Shown here piece after piece: positions 57,872 through 64,000 of a DNA stretch of 64,000 nt (its first letter is position 1; each line of letters begins with the position of its first letter). This DNA is from Macrostomum lignano. Its lineage: Eukaryota. The DNA is taken from the NCBI GenBank assembly GCA_002269645.1, contig NIVC01003130.1, positions 1 to 64,000 of the forward strand. Direction: 5' to 3'. The position numbers and the translations under genes were made by a program. The notes under the pieces are model-generated. The model saw only the letters and a list, made by a program, of their open reading frames with translations. It searched no databases and was not told the DNA's origin.

Positions 57872-59394
57872 TGATCCTGCTTTCTGTATTGTCAATATTA
57901 ACCTTCAAGGCAGGTAGAAGCTACGAAGTCCTTCGTGTGTGGCCGGCTGGAACTGGAAGGCGGGCAGAGCGGGGATCGGGTGGGGGAATTTCGCCGCCCC
58001 ACTTGGCTTTTTCAAGTCGCCCGCCCTGGTTGAGGTGGGGAGGGGGTAGCGACCGCACTGCCTCAGGAGGGTGAGAGCTTGGAGCGGGAGAGAGCGGGAA
58101 GGAACGGGACAGGCTGATTTCGTACGTCTCCATTGGTGAGTTTTTCTATCGTTGGCGTGTGCTGCACGCTGGCTGGGCTAAGAGGAGGCGGGGAGGCCGC
58201 GCACGACGCTCCAAGCCTCTCGGTTCTGGCTAAGAAGTTCGAAAACCAGCTGTCTGGGAAGGGAAAGTCGCTTGAAATTCTGCTGCTATGCAGTCGGTGA
58301 AGGGTTGGTAGTCTACTTGTCTTTCTATCGTGCACCAGCAGGTTCTGTTTTCAAATTCAGAAAACAAAAATTGCGCAGAATTTAGCATACATAAATCATA
58401 TCTGAGCGTGTCATCAAAAGCCAAATGCAAGTGTGATGCTCAGTTTTAAACTGAAGCGAACGGTTTCCAAACAGCTCGATTTTGTCAATTGTGCAGACTT
58501 TCTGGCTCGATTGGGCGATAACAATTCGCTTTAAGAACAGTTTCTGGTTTCCACTCCATGTCTTTAATATTAGAAGCCCATGGCGCAGTCCCTTCCAGGC
58601 CTGACTTAAAGCCAGTCTTCCCCTTGTGCAGCGGCTCCTGTAGCCGTGCCTTTTCATTCTGCAAAGAGAAGGTGGAGGAAGGGGAAGAAGGACAGCACAC
58701 GCGGCTCCTAGAGGATTTTGAAGCGGAGGGGGTGTCGAAGGATTAATATCGATCCGATCGGCCTTGGCTTGGGAGCAGAGGAGGCAAGAGGATTGCTTCG
58801 GAGGGCGTGACGAATATCCCTTGGCTGCTCTTGCCCGGGGTAGCGGCTGAGGGGAAGAGTTGGCGGGGAAGGGATTACGGAGGGAGTGTACAGTACGCAG
58901 GCACTGATCTGGCGGGTGCCGGCTGCAAGGCACCGAGTGAACCTCCTTCCCCCAGGCAGCCCAGCCAGCAGGGCCGAAGCTTGACACAAAACACTCCGAG
59001 AGAGCGCGCGGAGAGGCCCTGCCGCCCCTAACTTGCTGTCTGCCAGCATAGGCAGCTTAAACAGGAACAAATAACCCAAGAGCAATATGATACGGGCAAG
59101 CCTGCTGCAATTGTGCATGCTTGAGTAGGCTAAATCAGCTTTCCTTTTCTGCTGAAATTTCTCTATTAGTGTAATTTTTCGATGTTCGTGCACGCGATGG
59201 CAACTGAGAATTGGATTGAAACTTAATCGGGCTGGGATTCAGTTAACGAAGTGCATGTTGGAAATGATGATTTAAGTAGAGACGGAGGTAGTGCCAACGC
59301 GATGAGAAATTAGCCTAAAAATAGCTTAGATTTGAAGCACTGAGAACTACTTAGAAGTAGACAGAAGTCAACACGATAGATAGAGTAGTCAGGA

Positions 59395-60310
59395 ATAGAT
59401 ACGAGTAGGAGTAGACAGGAGTAGACAGGAGTAGGCATAAGTAGACAGGAGTAGACAGGAGTAGGCATAAGTAGACAGGAGTAGACAGTAGTAGGCATAA
59501 GTAGACAGGAGTAGACATAAGTAGACAGGAGTAGACAGGAGTAGGCATAAGTAGACAGGAGTAGACAGGAGTAGGCATAAGTAGACAGGAGTAGACAGGA
59601 GTAGGCATAAGTAGACAGGAGTAGACAGGAGTAGGCATAAGTAGACAGGAGTAGACAGTAGTAGGCATAAGTAGACAGTAGTAGGCATAAGTTGACAGGA
59701 GTAGACAGGAGTAGGCATAAGTAGACAGGAGTAGACAGGAGTAGGCATAAGTAGACAGGAGTAGACAGTAGTAGGCATAAGTAGACAGGAGTAGGCATAA
59801 GTAGACAGGAGTAGACAGGAGTAGGCATAAGTAGACAGGAGTAGACAGGAGTAGGCATAAGTAGACAGGAGTAGACAGTAGTAGGCATAAGTAGACAGGA
59901 GTAGGCATAAGTAGACAGGAGTAGACAGGAGTAGGCATAAGTAGACAGGAGTAGACAGTAGTAGGCATAAGTAGACAGGAGTAGGCATAAGTAGACAGGA
60001 GTAGACAGGAGTAGGCATAAGTTGACAGGAGTAGACAGGAGTAGACAAAAGAAGTCAGAAGTAGACACGAGTAGATAAGAGTAGACACGAATAGACACGA
60101 GAAGTAGTCAGGAGTAGACATGAGTAGACACGAGAAGTAGTCAGGAGTAGACATGAGTAGACACGAGTAGACACGAGTAGACACGAGAAGTCAGGAGTAG
60201 ACACGAGTAGACACGAGTAGACACGAGTAGACAAGAGTAGACACGAGTAGACACGAGTAGACACGAGTAGACACGAGTAGACACGAGTAGACACGAGTAG
60301 ACACGAGTAG
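59395..60310 (+). repeat. 10-bp-based satellite: (GTAGACAGGA/GTAGGCATAA) with 20-30-bp higher order, grading into (GTAGACACGA)n
   Basis: Direct reading; the unit switches near 60050. Confidence 0.96.
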
Positions 60311-60744
60311 TCTGCAGTTGACAGAAATAGATAAATTAGATTGCAGCTAGTAGACACCCAAGAATTAGAATCCCAAACCCCATGCGATTGACGACGAGCC
60401 TTTCCCTAAATTATTCGACCCCCTGATGAAGCCAGCAGGCCCAGTGAATGGTCTGCCCGCTTCCCAGTTCTTGGCCTGGCTGCTGGGCACGAATGCCGCG
60501 GCCCCCAAACCCATTCGAATGAAGGCAGGCATTCTTTCCTCGCCTGTTCGTCTCGACTCCGTGGCTGCGGACTGCGTGGTTTTAAGCTGCCTGCCTGCTG
60601 GGAGTTTCTGGCGCTCTCGCACGCATTCAGCAGGCAAGCTGATTAAGGGTCAGTCTGCGCTTTTCCTGTTCTCGTCAATTGTCCTCTGTCAGTAGCATGA
60701 GTATCTACTCATATCTCATATCTACTCATAAGAGTGTCTACTCT

Positions 60745-61195
<451 letters not shown>

Positions 61196-61591
61196 ACTCA
61201 AGGCCAGGCTGAGCGAATGGCCAACCTCCTTCCTTCCCGCTCCTTCCACTCTTCCAGCAGAATAGTCCCAATCCCTGGGGAAAATCGATATTGTATGAAT
61301 ACAGAGAATTTGTTGACTGGACTCGACTGGGAGTTCGTTTTACTGGACGAAAAAAACTGGAAATGCCAAATTCTGCGCGATTCAGTTGAGCCAGTCGCGT
61401 TTCCAACACGCGATTGGAGCAGCTTAGTACCTTAATCGAAACACCCAGCAAGCCCCATAGGCAGAGTACTTTGCCTAATCAGTCGTAAATGCAGGTGAAT
61501 GCAGGCGACGAAGCTGAATTTGTGGAGTTCAGCCACCGCCTTTGAATGAGTCCCCCTAATTTTACTCACTGAACTGCATCCAAGTAGCTTC

Positions 61592-62830
61592 TCTACCCTC
61601 TCTCAGCTGTCCTCTCTACCCTCTCTAAGCTGCCTTATCTACCCTCTCTCAGCTGTCCTTTCTATCCTTTCTCAGCTGCCTTATCTACCCTCTCTCAGCT
61701 GCCCTCTCTACCCTCTCTAAGCTGCCTTATCTACCCTCTCTCAGCTGTCCTTTCTACCCTCTCTCAGCTGCCTTATCTACCCTCTCTCAGCTGTCCTTTC
61801 TACCCTCTCTCCGCTGCCTTATCTACCCTCTCTCAGCTGTCCTGTCTACCCTCTCTAAGCTGCCTTATCTACCCTCTCTCAGCTGCCCTTTCTACCCTCT
61901 CTCAGCTGCCTTATCTACCCTCTCTCAGCTGCCTTATCTACCCTCTCTCAGCTGTCCTTTCTATCCTTTCTCAGCTGCCTTATCTACCCTCTCTCAGCTG
62001 CTTTATCTACCCTCTCTCAGCTGCCCTCTCTACCCTCTCTCAGCTGTCCTTTCTACCCTCTCTCAGCTGCCTTATCTACCCTCTCTCAGCTGCCCTCTCT
62101 ACCCTCTCTCAGCTGTCCTGTCTACCCTCTCTAAGCTGCCTTATCTACCCTCTCTCAGCTGCCCTTTCTACCCTCTCTCAGCTGCCTTATCTACCCTCTC
62201 TCAGCTGCCTTATCTACCCTCTCTCAGCTGCCCTCTCTACCCTCTCTCAGCTGCCCTCTCTACCCTCTCTCAGCTGCCTTATCTACCCTCTCTCAGCTGC
62301 CCTCTCTACCCTCTCTCAGCTGCCTTATCTACCCTCTCTCAGCTGCCTTATCTATCCTCTCTCAGCTGTCCTTTCTATCCTTTCTCAGCTGCCTTATCTA
62401 CCCTCTCTCAGCTGCTTTATCTACCCTCTCTCAGCTGCCCTCTCTACCCTCTCTCAGCTGTCCTTTCTACCCTCTCTCAGCTGCCTTATCTACCCTCTCT
62501 CAGCTGCCCTCTCTACCCTCTCTCAGCTGCCCTCTCTACCCTCTCTCAGCTGCCTTATCTACCCTCTCTCAGCTGCCTTATCTACCCTCTCTCAGCTGTC
62601 CTTTCTATCCTTTCTCAGCTGCCTTATCTACCCTCTCTCAGCTGCTTTATCTACCCTCTCTCAGCTGCCCTCTCTACCCTCTCTCAGCTGTCCTTTCTAC
62701 CCTCTCTCAGCTGCCTTATCTACCCTCTCTCAGCTGCCCTCTCTACCCTCTCTCAGCTGCCCTCTCTACCCTCTCTCAGCTGCGTTATCTACCCTCTCTC
62801 AGCTGCCTACTTTACCCTCCATCAGCTGTC
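61592..62830 (+). repeat. 23-bp pyrimidine-rich minisatellite (CTACCCTCTCTCAGCTGCCTTAT)n, ~53 copies
   Basis: Direct reading. Confidence 0.98.
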
Positions 62831-63474
62831 CTCTCTGCACTCCCAAAGCTGCCTTCTTTACCTTTCCAACTACCACCTCATCTACTCCATTTTTTTCTAC
62901 TGAAGTTCTAGCTCGTAAATGCACCTTACCAACCTGAACATACACACTCCGTAGCAATAAAAGTCACACTTCTGACTGACTGAGAGAGGGAGATTGAAAT
63001 GTGTGCAATCAGTGTAGCCAATAGCAACCGCTTCGCTTGAAGAAAAGCACTTTTACTTTAAAACTCTGTCACTCACTCACTACAGCGTCACTGCCTTGCC
63101 TGGTCAGTAAGGCTGCACTGGGAAACTTGTGGAAATGGGTCCGGTAAAGACTCACTCGCATTCTACTCAGCATAATGACCACTCATATTTGGAACTGCTC
63201 TCACTCCTCACTATCTTGACTAGCTACTCTCTCTCTCCCAGTCTTTTTTGACCAATATAGAAGAGAGAGCGGTTCTGAAAATAACAAAACTAGACTAGCG
63301 TTAGCCCAAGGCTGGAGTGTCCAACACTTTAACTTCAACCCAATCCCTCTCAGACACTTTAAAGCAGTCAATGCATTCTACTCAATGTTGGAGTTTATGA
63401 GGCTCGGTTTCTTAAATTTTTTTTATTCTTATTCCTTATTTTATTTTAAATTAACTAGCATAAACGGGCTTCGG

Positions 63475-64000
63475 AGGGAGAGTCAAATGGGAGACGGAGG
63501 GAGAGTCATATGGGAGACGGAGAGTCATATGGGAGACGGAGAGTCATATGGGAGACGGAGAGTCATATGGGATAGGGAGAGAGTCATATGGGAGAGGGAG
63601 AGTCATATGGGAGAGGGAGAGTCATATGGGAGACGGAGAGTCATATGGGAGACGGAGAGTCATATGGGAGAGGGAGAGTCATATGGGAGAGGGAGAGTCA
63701 TATGGGAGACGGAGAGTCATATAGGATTGGGAGAGAGTCATATCGGAGAGGGACAGTCATATGGGAGACGGAGAGTCATATGGGAGACGGAGAGTCATAT
63801 GGGAGAGGGAGAGTCATATGGGAGACGGAGAGTCATATGGGAGACGGAGAGTCATATGGGAGACGGAGAGTCATATGGGAGATGGAGAGTCATATGGGAG
63901 ACGGAGAGTCATATGGGAGACGGAGAGTCATATGGGAGACGGAGAGTCATATGGGAGACGGAGAGTCATATGGGAGACGGAGAGTCATATGGGAGACGAA
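63475..64000 (+). repeat. 19-bp minisatellite (GGGAGACGGAGAGTCATAT)n running off the window end
   Basis: Direct reading; period 19. Confidence 0.98.

Noticed and set aside
57871-59193. Several 60-200-aa ORFs upstream of the PLAC8-like gene (and similar ones at 35229-35727, 37675-38155, 39387-39772, 42618-43188)
   Set aside because: No recognisable domains, mostly non-ATG starts, overlapping in multiple frames; consistent with non-coding or decayed repeat DNA.

Overview
Eukaryotic (animal) genomic DNA, not prokaryotic. It has GT-AG spliced genes with GC-rich coding sequence in AT-rich, tandem-repeat-laden intergenic and intronic DNA; roughly 20 kb of the 64 kb is micro- or minisatellite. The style fits a lophotrochozoan invertebrate such as a free-living flatworm (inference only). 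Six genes could be assembled by hand. (1) The last two exons of an unidentified gene (+, 141-1019). (2) An intronless PPEF/rdgC protein phosphatase (-, 5002-7083). (3) A two-exon secreted purple acid phosphatase, ACP7-like (+, 19898-22276). (4) A complete 10-exon Cys-loop anion channel subunit, GlyR/GluCl-like (-, 23566-33470). (5) A 7-exon group II PLP-dependent aromatic amino acid decarboxylase-like gene with a 1-nt frameshift in exon 1 and a divergent catalytic loop (-, 44361-49348). (6) A 2-exon PLAC8/cornifelin-family gene (-, 57432-57871). Mobile DNA includes a TIR-bounded element carrying a 4.3-kb 21-bp satellite, a tRNA-derived SINE with a 14-bp TSD, two inverted CORE-type SINE copies, Helitron-like termini and a foldback-like pair of arrays. 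The most interesting leads are minisatellite-filled introns, one with a 7-bp target-site-duplication-like signature suggesting recent intron gain; a satellite-cargo MITE whose repeat motif recurs in other arrays; and an AADC paralog lacking the catalytic-loop tyrosine. Most long ORFs in the supplied track are repeat or antisense artefacts. All coordinates were counted by hand; repeat boundaries are approximate.
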